DNA from: Candidatus Margulisiibacteriota bacterium
Lineage (GTDB): Bacteria; Margulisbacteria; WOR-1; JAKLHX01; JBAZKV01
NCBI GenBank assembly: GCA_041650635.1
Contig: JBAZKV010000008.1
Span: 2,253 to 66,252, forward strand
Reading direction: 5' to 3'
Length of the DNA stretch: 64,000 nucleotides
Position numbers and translations under genes: made by a program. Each line of letters begins with the position of its first letter. Within the stretch, counting starts at the first letter, position 1. The notes beneath the pieces were generated by a model, which worked only from the letters and a program-made list of their open reading frames with translations, was not told the DNA's origin and searched no databases. Of the stretch, positions 1-10,849 are shown one piece after another.

Positions 1-2
1 TA

Positions 3-941
3 GATGACCACTGTTTTAACTTGCTATACGAGCGCTGGAACAATATTCAGGACTATTCACCGGTTAGACAAGCCTATATTGCCAATTCGTATCTTGGTTT
101 TTTGGGCGAACCTATGGATTATTACCGTGTCCCCAACTGGCACGGGGTAGAGATGGTGCGCAGTTTTCGGGACGGGTTTGGCCGCCCCGTTTATCAGGCT
201 TTGCTTGACACCGGCGAGATGAGAGGGGTCGATCCAGAACATATGTCATGGAGTCTTTCTGGCGACATATACCTCAAAGAAAAATGGAAGATTGACACAG
301 GCAATAAGCTGCCGCGAATCGGATGGAACGACATCCTGACCAGGATGCTTTTTAAACACCTTATAGAACAATACGAAGAAGCTCCCAATACGAACATGAT
401 ATTCAGGTCAACCCCTCTCTATTATTTAGATTCTCTTCTCAGCCAAGAACCGTCAAACGGTTACTTCTGGTTCTCATTTTGCAGACAATATTCTGCCACT
501 TTCAACAATAAAAAGAGCTCTCCAGAAGGAGCCGTTAAACAAATAAGACATTTCCTGAAGGATGGAATTGATCTTTCTGCCATCGTCCATCTTGCAGACG
601 GCGGCTTGTCCTGGAAGATAAGCGGTCCGGACCAGATACTACCTCCAGAACAAATCCTACCAGACGGCATTGTTGCAGGCTTAAGGGAAGCCTGGGAAAT
701 CACCCATCCGGAAGTGCGCCAGCTGGTAGAATTCGAGTTGGATACACCATCTATGTCAACGCTCATATGGACATTCATGGAAAGGATAAGGAACGGATGG
801 ATAGAGGGGCTCTCAGAAATTCCGTCAGAAACGGGAGATTTTGTCGCAAAGTTTGACCGCGGGTGTTATCCGACCTTCAAATTGCCGGGAGTTTGTTGGA
901 ATCGTGCCTCTTTCTCGTATTATAACCTGTCCGATCTCTAA
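3..941 (+). CDS. Hypothetical protein, probably 5'-truncated by the window edge
   Basis: Frame is open from position 3 to the stop at 941 (track starts at TTG 21). No family motif recognised. Confidence 0.65.
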   Translation, partial: DDHCFNLLYERWNNIQDYSPVRQAYIANSYLGFLGEPMDYYRVPNWHGVEMVRSFRDGFGRPVYQALLDTGEMRGVDPEHMSWSLSGDIYLKEKWKIDTGNKLPRIGWNDILTRMLFKHLIEQYEEAPNTNMIFRSTPLYYLDSLLSQEPSNGYFWFSFCRQYSATFNNKKSSPEGAVKQIRHFLKDGIDLSAIVHLADGGLSWKISGPDQILPPEQILPDGIVAGLREAWEITHPEVRQLVEFELDTPSMSTLIWTFMERIRNGWIEGLSEIPSETGDFVAKFDRGCYPTFKLPGVCWNRASFSYYNLSDL

Positions 942-952
942 TGCCATCACCC

Positions 953-1993
953 CTAGCGTATCAGCCCTTCCAGCCAATTCTTTGCAGCAGGCGTTTCCGA
1001 AACACAATATTGATGCATCTCCAGTTTTTTGAGCAGTCCCAAAGGAGTAGGATAAGCAAATTCGAACGGAGGGACAACTGAAGCCATGTCGCGCACCTGG
1101 TCCGAAATATCGGTTAGCGCCACGATCCCTCTTTCGTAGTCTCCCAGAAATTGGGGGGCTATCCCCAGCATCAGAGAGCGTCTGAACATCCTTGAGCCGT
1201 CAAGGTCCTTATCAGGGTCCCATTGAACATAATTGGGGTTTAATTCCGCATCATTGTAGAACCCGTCCTCGGAATAATAGTGAACCCCCATGATTGGGTC
1301 AAGCAGATGGGACCTTTCAAGGAGTTTCTCAAAAGTGCTTCTCATAAGGTCAACCGGGATCACTCTATCTCTGCCGGGCGCAGTTGCCCACTCGCTTCTT
1401 TTCATGGTCCACAGGAACGACGGTTTTATCCAGACCCGGCTTCTTTTTAAAAAGGTTCCCGAAAGAACATGATTGGCCAGGAAAAAGTCAGCCCCTTCGT
1501 CGTTCATGTTCTGATAGACCCTTATCGTCTCGTCCCCGTAGTTTGCCCTTATCATTCTTCTGAAAGGAAAATGCCAGCCAAGGGTATTTACGGAATACGC
1601 TCTGCCAAGATCTTCCGGCCAGTCCGCTTGTCCCGACAAAGTCAACCGTACTTCCTTACCGCGCCGGGATATTTTATCAATGCTCAATGGCTCCGTAAAT
1701 GCCGCGTCCTGCCTGTCCAGGACATTAATATGCCCTCTGTCTGATAAAACCTGCTCTCCTACACACGGCTTCACAGCAAGTTCAATAGAGGCGCCGTTCC
1801 GCTTAATATCCCTGACCAACCCAAAGAATTCATCCCCTCTCGGGAACATGTCAAGCACCTGATAATGGGCCCCAAGCCTTTCATAGGCTTCGATGAATTG
1901 AGGCCTCAAGCGGTCATGCTTTCTCCCCTCGGGCCTGAATACGGCCTCTGCTCTGGTGTAAGGCATTAAGCTGATCCTGGCTGGCATGCGCAT
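953..1993 (-). CDS. Hypothetical protein; C-terminal half may have a degenerate PlsC/LPLAT acyltransferase-like fold
   Basis: 346 aa with an AAAGGA RBS. Ordered motifs FFLANH, IPVD, YYSEDG, FRRS, FAYPTPL loosely follow PlsC blocks, but HX4D is not intact. Confidence 0.6.
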   Translation of the reverse strand: MRMPARISLMPYTRAEAVFRPEGRKHDRLRPQFIEAYERLGAHYQVLDMFPRGDEFFGLVRDIKRNGASIELAVKPCVGEQVLSDRGHINVLDRQDAAFTEPLSIDKISRRGKEVRLTLSGQADWPEDLGRAYSVNTLGWHFPFRRMIRANYGDETIRVYQNMNDEGADFFLANHVLSGTFLKRSRVWIKPSFLWTMKRSEWATAPGRDRVIPVDLMRSTFEKLLERSHLLDPIMGVHYYSEDGFYNDAELNPNYVQWDPDKDLDGSRMFRRSLMLGIAPQFLGDYERGIVALTDISDQVRDMASVVPPFEFAYPTPLGLLKKLEMHQYCVSETPAAKNWLEGLIR

Positions 1994-2067
1994 TTGTCCT
2001 TTCTTTGACTAAAAGACCATCTGTAGGTATATCGGCTGTCTTGGAGGCGGATTTCAATTTTGCAGGA

Positions 2068-3303
2068 CTATATCGCAGGTTTGCCGAACAGATCATGCCT
2101 GCCTGATGAGGATATGACCGCTCTGATAAATTCTCCGAGGCTAACTTTCTTTGCATTTTTCACATGCACTCTTCCGTCTATCTCGGGAGCATCCCTAAAA
2201 GACCTCCCGACGAGGTCCTTGCCTTTCCTCCCTTCGATGAGGACCTCCAGAGTTCGGCCCGCAAGTTTTGCGTTGATCTTTCTTGAGATACCGGCCTGCA
2301 GCTTCATCAGTTCGCACGCCCTTCTGCGCTTTACTTTTTCCGGGACCTGTCCTTTCATCATAAAAGCCTTGGTCCCCTTTTCCCTGCTGTAGGGAAAAAC
2401 CCCGAGCCGGTCAAACTTTGCCTGTTTTATGAACTCTTTGAGGTTTTCAAAATCCCTCTCCGTCTCTCCCGGAAAACCGACTATGACCGAAGTCCTTATC
2501 GCAATTCCGGGCATCATTTCCCTCAGTAATTTCAATTGTATTTCAATTGTATTTCTACCGTATTTCCTGCGCATCGATCTTAATATCCTATCCTCCGAGT
2601 GTTGTATCGGCAGATCTATATACTTAACTATCTTCTTTTCTTCTGCCATTACTTTGATAGTGCTTTGCGACAGATGCCCGGGATGCGCGTACATCAGCCT
2701 GATCCAGCGTATCCCTTTGATCTTTGCGGTCAACTTTAAAAGTCGCGCAAGATAAGGATAAGCGGTCGTATCCTGCGCGATATAGATTATTTCCTTGACT
2801 CCCCTCTTTGCCAGCCCTTTGACCTCAGCCAGGATGTCCCGGACCTTGCGGTGCCTTAATCTTCCTCTTATCTTTGGGATAAGACAATATGTGCAATTGT
2901 TATTGCAGCCCTCGGATATCTTTACATACGCAAACCACGGCTGCGTTGCCTTGATCCTAGGCACTCCGCACTCATAAAGATTTATGCTATCTATAATTCC
3001 ATCGATTCTCCGTACGGGCGATTCATGAATCGCCCCTCCAATTTTTCTTAAATACTCCGGCAAACATCCAGCGACCAATAACTGCCTGCACCTGCCCTTT
3101 TCCTTCCACTTGGCCATCTCTCTAATAACTGCCGCCGCCTCATCTCTGGCAGCTTTCAAAAATGCGCAGGTGTTCACGACTATAGTATCGGCTTCTTTGG
3201 GATTTAAGGTGATCTGGTGACCGCTTGAAGTAAACTTCCCCATCAGGACTTCGCTGTCTGTGAGGTTCTTGGGGCAGCCGAGGCTGACAAAAAAGACCTT
3301 CAT
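2068..3303 (-). CDS. rimO: Ribosomal protein S12 methylthiotransferase RimO
   Basis: [25 protein letters not shown] radical SAM motif, C-terminal TRAM with DAPEIDG. ATGA overlap with trpB. Confidence 0.93.
   Translation of the reverse strand: MKVFFVSLGCPKNLTDSEVLMGKFTSSGHQITLNPKEADTIVVNTCAFLKAARDEAAAVIREMAKWKEKGRCRQLLVAGCLPEYLRKIGGAIHESPVRRIDGIIDSINLYECGVPRIKATQPWFAYVKISEGCNNNCTYCLIPKIRGRLRHRKVRDILAEVKGLAKRGVKEIIYIAQDTTAYPYLARLLKLTAKIKGIRWIRLMYAHPGHLSQSTIKVMAEEKKIVKYIDLPIQHSEDRILRSMRRKYGRNTIEIQLKLLREMMPGIAIRTSVIVGFPGETERDFENLKEFIKQAKFDRLGVFPYSREKGTKAFMMKGQVPEKVKRRRACELMKLQAGISRKINAKLAGRTLEVLIEGRKGKDLVGRSFRDAPEIDGRVHVKNAKKVSLGEFIRAVISSSGRHDLFGKPAI
3012..3039. repeat. 28-nt REP-like palindrome inside rimO (encodes GAIHESPV)
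   Basis: GGGCGATTCATGAATCGCCC is a perfect 20-nt palindrome at 3016-3035, starting with GTAC. Confidence 0.8.
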
Positions 3304-4481
3304 TTTCTGAAGATAATATCGAGATCTTTGTCGCCGCGGCCGGAGAGGCAGACAACAACTACGGACTTTTTGCCGATCTTTCCTTTAAGCTTTGGAAGGT
3401 AGGCAAGAGCGTGGGAGGATTCAAGAGCCGGGATGATGCCTTCTTCGCGGGAAAGCAAGCGAAAAGCCTCGAGAGCTTCTTTATCGCTTACGGACACATA
3501 TCTTACCCTGCCGGTATCCTTTAAATAGGAATGCTCCGGCCCCACCCCGGGATAGTCAAGCCCCGCAGAAACAGAATGAGTGTCGCTTACCTGTCCGTCC
3601 TTTGTCTGCAATAGATAACTTTTGGCCCCGTGCAAGATACCGGGTTTGCCGTAGGCAAGCGGGGCTGAATTCTGGCAAGTGCCTTTGCCCCTGCCGCCTG
3701 CTTCAACGCCTATCAATTTGACTTTTTTATCATCAATAAAAGGATGGAACATCCCCATTGAGTTGCTGCCGCCGCCTACGCAGGCAATAAGATGCAAGAG
3801 GCCTCGTGTACTACATATTTTATTTAACTGAACCTTTGTTTCCATGCCGATCACGCTTTGAAAATCCCTGACCATCATCGGATAAGGATGAGGTCCGATG
3901 CAGGAGCCGATGCAGTAAAAAGTTTTTTCCGGATCGCTCATCCAGTCTCTCAGGGCCTCGTTAACGGCCTCCTTGAGAGTTGCCGTGCCGGACCGCACCG
4001 GGATCACCTCTGCCCCCAGCAGTTCCATCCTCAGCACATTAGGGGCCTGCCTTTTGATATCCTGCTCCCCCATATAGACCACGCATTTTATCCCAAAAAG
4101 CGCAGCCACCGTAGCCGTTGCCACCCCGTGCTGCCCGGCGCCTGTTTCAGCGATCATTCTTTTCTTGCCCATCTTTTTGGCAAGCAGACCCTGGCCGATG
4201 CAATTATTTATCTTGTGAGCGCCTGTATGGCACAGGTCTTCTCTTTTTAGATAGACCTTAAATCCGTATTTGCGGCTTAGATTGCTGCAATAATAAAGCG
4301 GTGTGGGCCTGCCGGCGTAATGAGACAAATAATCGTTGAGTTCTTTTAGAAAGTTCCTGTCTTTCCTATATCTTGAGTAAGCGGCTTTAAGCTCTTCCAG
4401 GCAGGGCATCAGGGTTTCCGGCACAAAGGAACCGCCGTAATTGCTAAAATAACCCCTTTTGTCCGGCAGATCATATCTCAT
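3300..4481 (-). CDS. trpB: Tryptophan synthase beta chain
   Basis: [48 protein letters not shown]. Start moved to MRYDLP at 4481. Confidence 0.96.
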   Translation of the reverse strand: MRYDLPDKRGYFSNYGGSFVPETLMPCLEELKAAYSRYRKDRNFLKELNDYLSHYAGRPTPLYYCSNLSRKYGFKVYLKREDLCHTGAHKINNCIGQGLLAKKMGKKRMIAETGAGQHGVATATVAALFGIKCVVYMGEQDIKRQAPNVLRMELLGAEVIPVRSGTATLKEAVNEALRDWMSDPEKTFYCIGSCIGPHPYPMMVRDFQSVIGMETKVQLNKICSTRGLLHLIACVGGGSNSMGMFHPFIDDKKVKLIGVEAGGRGKGTCQNSAPLAYGKPGILHGAKSYLLQTKDGQVSDTHSVSAGLDYPGVGPEHSYLKDTGRVRYVSVSDKEALEAFRLLSREEGIIPALESSHALAYLPKLKGKIGKKSVVVVCLSGRGDKDLDIIFRK

Positions 4482-4488
4482 TTTCCCA

Positions 4489-4508
4489 ATTATAGCATGT
4501 GCTATAAT
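4489..4508. promoter_or_regulatory. Back-to-back extended -10 promoters for trpB (-) and leuS (+)
   Basis: ATTATAGCA-TG-TGCTATAAT gives TGCTATAAT on both strands, 7 nt and 11 nt from the two ATGs. Confidence 0.75.
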
Positions 4509-4519
4509 CTTAGAGATAA

Positions 4520-7033
4520 ATGTCAAATTACACCCCTAAAGAGATAGAGCCTCTCAGGCAAAGAGCCTGGCAGGAAAAAAAGCTTTTTGAAGCCGACAAT
4601 TCATCGAACAAGCCAAAATACTACGACCTCGTCATGTTCCCCTACCCTTCCGGCAAGATACACATGGGACATGTGCGAAATTATGCCATAGGAGATGTGC
4701 TCGCTAGGTACAAGAGGATGAAGGGTTTTAATGTCCTCCATCCGATCGGCTGGGACGCCTTTGGCATGCCGGCAGAAAATGCTGCCATCAAGAACAGCTC
4801 TCATCCCAGGGACTGGACCACAAAATGCATAGCGGACATGACCGTCCAGTTGAAAAGACTGGGACTTTCGTACGACTGGTCAAGGGAAGTGACCACCTGC
4901 AGAGAGGATTACTACAAGTGGACACAGTGGATCTTTCTGAAATTCTTTGAAAAAGGCCTGGCATACAGGAAAAAGGCAAAAGTGAACTGGTGCCCTAAAT
5001 GCGAAACTGTCCTGGCCAACGAGCAGGCAAAGGACGGAAAATGCTGGAGATGCGACAGCGCTGTTCGATCAAAGGACATAGAACAATGGTTCTTTAAAAT
5101 AACGCAGTACGCGCAAAGGCTCCTTGATGACATAGAAAAACTGGAAGGCTGGCCCGAGAGCGTTAGGATAATGCAGAGAAACTGGATAGGACGCTCCGAA
5201 GGAACAAGCATAGAGTTCGCTATAAAGGGTTTGGATAAGAAGCTTAAGATATTTACCACCAGGCCGGACACTCTTTTCGGGGTAACCTATATGACCCTTG
5301 CCCCAGAAAACCCGCTAACCGTAGAGTTGTCGCAAGGAACAAGACAGGAGAAAGAGGTCCTTTCCTATATAGAGAGCGTAAAAAGAAAGGACCCTTCGCT
5401 GCGCCAGGTGTCGGAAGAAAAGACCGGAGTGTTCACGGGGGCTTATGCGATAAACCCGGCCAACAACGAGACAATACCGATCTGGACTTCCGATTATGTC
5501 CTAATGGAGTACGGCACCGGCGCTGTCATGGCAGTTCCGGCCCACGACCAGAGAGATTTTGAATTCGCAAAAAAATTTGATCTTCCGATAAAAGAGGTAA
5601 TCGTTCCTAATGGTCCCTCACCCCGGCCTTTGGCCACCCCTCTCCCAACCCCTCGACTACGCTCGGGGCAAGAGGGAGAGGGGCCGGAGATCAGGGCGGC
5701 CTACACTCCCCCCGGCACCATGGTCAATTCCGCACAATTCAACGGCATGGACAGCAATAAGGCCATCGATGCAATAACCCTCTGGCTTGAAGAAAAAGGC
5801 ATCGGCAAAAAAGAGGTTAATTTTAAGCTGAGGGATTGGCTAATATCCCGCCAGAGGTATTGGGGTGCGCCTATTCCCATCGTATATTGCAATAAATGCG
5901 GGGCAGTTCCGGTACCGGATAAAGACCTTCCGGTAAAATTGCCCTATGATGTCAAATTCACGGGGGAAGGCGGTTCTCCCCTGCTGAAGGCTAAAGATTT
6001 TATCAGCACTGCCTGCCCCAAATGCGGCGGAAAGGCAAGCAGGGAAACCGACACGCTTGACACCTTTAACTGCTCCTCCTGGTATTTCTTAAGGTACACG
6101 AACACAGAAAAGGATTCTGACACGCCTTTTGAGCCAAAGGACCTCAAATACTGGCTTCCCGTAGACCAGTATATAGGCGGCATAGAACATGCGATATTGC
6201 ATCTTCTTTACTCAAGGTTCTTCTGCAAAGTTCTGAGCGACATGGGATTTATCCCTGTGGACGAGCCCTTTAAGAACCTTTTGACGCAGGGAATGGTGGT
6301 AAAAGACGGTGCAAAAATGAGCAAGTCCAAAGGCAATGTTGTTGATCCAGACTATATTATTGAAAAATACGGGGCGGACACAGCCAGGGTCTTTATCCTT
6401 TTTGCCTCTCCTCCGGAAAGGGAGCTTGAGTGGAGTGATGCGGGAGTTGAGGGGAGTTATAGATTTTTGAGCAGGATCTGGAGATTGATCAGCGACAATA
6501 AGCCCTCACCCCCTTCCCCTCTCCCAACCCCTCGACTACGCTCGGGGCAAGAGGTAGAGGGGCGCAGGACTGATGGGACCACCCGTATTCTTCACAAAAC
6601 CATAAAAGGTGTTTCAGAAGATATCGAGAGATTCTCCTTTAACACGGCGATCGCAAAGATAATGGAACTGCTTAACGCGCTTCAGGGTTCGCCTCTCGAT
6701 AAAAAGACCGCCGAGACGCTGCTTCTGCTGCTTTCCCCATTTGCTCCGCATGCAGCAGATGAGCTTTGGGAAAAAATAGGCAATACCGGAAGTACGCTGG
6801 AGCAGGACTGGCCGGGCTTTGATCCTGCTCTTGTTAAAGAAACCGAGATCGAGATACCAATACAGGTCAATGGAAAACTAAAGGACAGGATCATGATAGC
6901 AGCGGACCTGCCGGAGGAGCAGGTCAGGGAAAAAGCTCTTCAGTCAGAGAAGATAAAACAGTTGCTGCAGGGTAAAGAAATAGTAAAAGTTATATTTGCC
7001 AACAGAAAACTGGTAAATATAGTTGTCAGGTGA
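4520..7033 (+). CDS. leuS: Leucine--tRNA ligase
   Basis: [13 protein letters not shown] (HIGH), KMSKS, CP1 editing domain, YIGGIEHA. Confidence 0.98.
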   Translation: MSNYTPKEIEPLRQRAWQEKKLFEADNSSNKPKYYDLVMFPYPSGKIHMGHVRNYAIGDVLARYKRMKGFNVLHPIGWDAFGMPAENAAIKNSSHPRDWTTKCIADMTVQLKRLGLSYDWSREVTTCREDYYKWTQWIFLKFFEKGLAYRKKAKVNWCPKCETVLANEQAKDGKCWRCDSAVRSKDIEQWFFKITQYAQRLLDDIEKLEGWPESVRIMQRNWIGRSEGTSIEFAIKGLDKKLKIFTTRPDTLFGVTYMTLAPENPLTVELSQGTRQEKEVLSYIESVKRKDPSLRQVSEEKTGVFTGAYAINPANNETIPIWTSDYVLMEYGTGAVMAVPAHDQRDFEFAKKFDLPIKEVIVPNGPSPRPLATPLPTPRLRSGQEGEGPEIRAAYTPPGTMVNSAQFNGMDSNKAIDAITLWLEEKGIGKKEVNFKLRDWLISRQRYWGAPIPIVYCNKCGAVPVPDKDLPVKLPYDVKFTGEGGSPLLKAKDFISTACPKCGGKASRETDTLDTFNCSSWYFLRYTNTEKDSDTPFEPKDLKYWLPVDQYIGGIEHAILHLLYSRFFCKVLSDMGFIPVDEPFKNLLTQGMVVKDGAKMSKSKGNVVDPDYIIEKYGADTARVFILFASPPERELEWSDAGVEGSYRFLSRIWRLISDNKPSPPSPLPTPRLRSGQEVEGRRTDGTTRILHKTIKGVSEDIERFSFNTAIAKIMELLNALQGSPLDKKTAETLLLLLSPFAPHAADELWEKIGNTGSTLEQDWPGFDPALVKETEIEIPIQVNGKLKDRIMIAADLPEEQVREKALQSEKIKQLLQGKEIVKVIFANRKLVNIVVR
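5615..5687 (+). repeat. Composite palindromic element in frame in leuS, copy 1
   Basis: CCCTCACCCC lead-in, outer CCCCTCTCCC/GGGAGAGGGG stem, inner 24-nt module at 5649-5672. Confidence 0.9.
6503..6562 (+). repeat. Composite palindromic element in frame in leuS, copy 2
   Basis: 6516-6562 matches 5637-5683 at 46 of 47 nt. Confidence 0.9.
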
Positions 7034-7040
7034 GTCCTGT

Positions 7041-8546
7041 CTAATCGTTAACCGTAAAATTCTCCAGCCTTAAATTCCCGCTAAGCGCTGGGTGAATGCA
7101 CATTTTGGTTGTACCTTCGGGTATCTTGAGGGAAACAGGCCCGTCCCGCCGCACCCTTTCGTCCGCCAGCACCGTATCAGTCCCAGAAGCATCATTTATG
7201 AATAATATCATTATTTCGCCTTTGATCTTAGATGCATCAAAGGCCAGTGTGCCCATAACAGCCCTGTCAAGGATAAAATAACCGCCGGCATCGTAATTGC
7301 CTTTTGGAGCGCTTATCTCGATCGCACCGTCTTCCAGCCTGAGCCTTGCACCTCCAAAAGCCCCCTGGGACAAGAAAAGGTCCTTAATATCGGCCCCGGA
7401 CTGCATATCCGGGACAATGGCAGCCGCCGGCTCCGATGCACCGGAATTCGGCTCCATGGGACTGGAAGAAAAGCTTCCGCTGTATTTTTCGAACTGTTCT
7501 CTCAGGCATCCGGTACCTCCATCTGTAATGGACCATATCCTTCTGCATCCCGTTTCTGTTTTTGTGGTATTAAAGTAGAACACCCCTGCCAGATCATCCT
7601 GAACTGCCAGTTCGAAAAGGCTTTTAAGGAACTGTGCCTCGCCCGCGGCTGAGCCCCCGTTGCCTTTGTCATATCCGGTCTCAAGTATCCAGAGCGGCTT
7701 TCCCGGATACAATTGCCTCATCAGTCCAATGGCCGGGCCAAACAGCGCCCTTGCATCCGCGGGGTTTCCTGTCCAGTCGGTACTGTAACCGTCCAGGCCT
7801 ATTCCGTCAACATATCTGTCCCCGGGATAATACGCCGAAGGATCTGTCCCAACATTTGGGTTCCAAAGCCAGGTCGCATATTTATTGGCCCCCGCTCTTT
7901 CAAATGTTTCCCACACATGGATGTAGGCTTCTTTGTATAATTCAGGATGCCCCGCCCAAGGATACCAATCGCCGTTCATTTCGTGGCCAAAGGTCAAAAG
8001 CATTGGGGTATTTTGTGCGGCAAGCCCGGCAGCAAATTTTGCCAGCCCGGTATCAAATTTGCCCGCGATAAGGTTCTCAAGACTGAAGGAATTATCCGAC
8101 TTGCCCTTCCAGCTCCACGGCTCCAGTTTTATAAGCGAAGCGATACCTTTTTGGCGCAAGACACTGACCGTTTCTGAAGGGAAATCAAATCCCTTGCCGA
8201 AGGCGTGAAACTGCAGTACCATGTCAAGATTCCCGCCTATCAGGCTGTTGAACCGGGAAACGCCGGCCGGGGAAAGAGCATCATCCAAAAAGGCCCCAAA
8301 ATAGATACCGTTAGGAGTTATCAGGTTCCTGGCTGGAGTCGCCTCCATCTGGGGCATTCCTCTCTGGATCTCACTGGCAGGAACAGGAACTTGGGGACGG
8401 GGCCTTTCACAGGAGGTAAGGCTCCCGGCTAAAAAAGCAGCCGGAAGTATTAAACGTCCGGATCTATACAAAGACGCCAAAACTGAATTGGATGTTCTCA
8501 TAACAGAGGTTTCATCTCCCTGTTTATTTGTCGGCATTTCCCTCAT
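7041..8546 (-). CDS. Glycoside hydrolase family 26 protein, probable lipoprotein, with C-terminal beta-rich extension
   Basis: FGHEMNGDWYPW, GLDGY, WILETG catalytic motifs; LTSC lipobox-like segment. Start uncertain (8546, 8537 or later). Confidence 0.8.
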   Translation of the reverse strand: MREMPTNKQGDETSVMRTSNSVLASLYRSGRLILPAAFLAGSLTSCERPRPQVPVPASEIQRGMPQMEATPARNLITPNGIYFGAFLDDALSPAGVSRFNSLIGGNLDMVLQFHAFGKGFDFPSETVSVLRQKGIASLIKLEPWSWKGKSDNSFSLENLIAGKFDTGLAKFAAGLAAQNTPMLLTFGHEMNGDWYPWAGHPELYKEAYIHVWETFERAGANKYATWLWNPNVGTDPSAYYPGDRYVDGIGLDGYSTDWTGNPADARALFGPAIGLMRQLYPGKPLWILETGYDKGNGGSAAGEAQFLKSLFELAVQDDLAGVFYFNTTKTETGCRRIWSITDGGTGCLREQFEKYSGSFSSSPMEPNSGASEPAAAIVPDMQSGADIKDLFLSQGAFGGARLRLEDGAIEISAPKGNYDAGGYFILDRAVMGTLAFDASKIKGEIMILFINDASGTDTVLADERVRRDGPVSLKIPEGTTKMCIHPALSGNLRLENFTVND

Positions 8547-8578
8547 ATGATTTCAGCTTTTTATAGTATAATTCAAAC

Positions 8579-9310
8579 ATGAATGTTGCAAAAAAACGCT
8601 CCTCAAAAAGGAGGTCTCGCCGCACAGATACCGTAAAAGCGCTTTCCGAAATAAGCCGCACTATCACTTCGGATCTTTTGATAGAGGACATTCTTGCTTC
8701 GATAGTGGAAGTAACCGCGAAATTGATGGGCTCCAATATCTGCTCCATTTTTCTTCTGGACAGCGAAAAAAACCTGCTGGTGAACAAAGCGTCCCAAAGC
8801 GTAAGCGCACTCTATAACAATAAGCCCCCGCTAAAGGCTGGCGAGGGTATCGCGGGAAAGGTGCTTTTGCTCAACAAGCCCGCCGCCGTTAAGGATGTCA
8901 AAAAAGAGCCGGAGTACAAATACAGGGACATCGCCAAAAAAGAGGGGCTATGCTCTCTATTGTGCGTGCCCCTGGCGGTAAAAGGAAAGGCTATCGGCGT
9001 TATCAACTCCTATACTTCCAAACCTCATGCTTTTACAGGGACAGAGATCGAGGTCCTTAGCGCGATAGCATCGCTTGCGGCAATGGCCATAGAGAACACA
9101 GGCCTGCTGATGAAGGCAAAAAGCGTTGAGGAAGAGCTGCAATCGCGCAAATCTATCGAAAGGGCCAAAGGGATCCTTATGAGGGACGAGGGGCTTTCCG
9201 AAGAGGACGCTTATCTGAGGATACAAAGATTCTCTATGGACTCGCGCAAGACCATGAGAGAGATTGCAGACTCCCTTATCCTGAGTTATAATCTTAGAAG
9301 GCTCAGGTGA
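8579..9310 (+). CDS. GAF + ANTAR domain RNA-binding regulator
   Basis: GAF (LLCVPLAVKGKAIGVIN) followed by ANTAR (IERAKGILM..LSEEDAY..IQRFSMDSRKTMREIA). Confidence 0.92.
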   Translation: MNVAKKRSSKRRSRRTDTVKALSEISRTITSDLLIEDILASIVEVTAKLMGSNICSIFLLDSEKNLLVNKASQSVSALYNNKPPLKAGEGIAGKVLLLNKPAAVKDVKKEPEYKYRDIAKKEGLCSLLCVPLAVKGKAIGVINSYTSKPHAFTGTEIEVLSAIASLAAMAIENTGLLMKAKSVEEELQSRKSIERAKGILMRDEGLSEEDAYLRIQRFSMDSRKTMREIADSLILSYNLRRLR

Positions 9311-9313
9311 ACC

Positions 9314-10714
<1,401 letters not shown>

Positions 10715-10739
10715 CTCTTTCTAAAGGTCCTGGCTCCAA

Positions 10740-10766
10740 GGGGCGGGTTTTCCCGCCCCTTTTTTT
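10740..10766 (+). terminator. Rho-independent terminator after gdhA
   Basis: GGGGCGGG-TTTT-CCCGCCCC followed by T7. Confidence 0.88.
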
Positions 10767-10849
10767 GCTTTCGATACCCAATTCCTGAAATTCCAAAAAA
10801 TATCCTTCGACAACTTCTTGTGAACAGCATAATCACAAAGGAGAAATAG

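Noticed and set aside
3793-3815. Possible REP remnant in trpB (CSTRGLL replaces the usual GRLPD)
   Set aside because: Pairing is too weak and the length does not match the 28-nt family.
5615-6562. CRISPR array or intein in leuS
   Set aside because: Only two repeats, ~880 nt apart and in frame; no spacers, cas genes or intein splice motifs. No CRISPR array was seen anywhere in the window.
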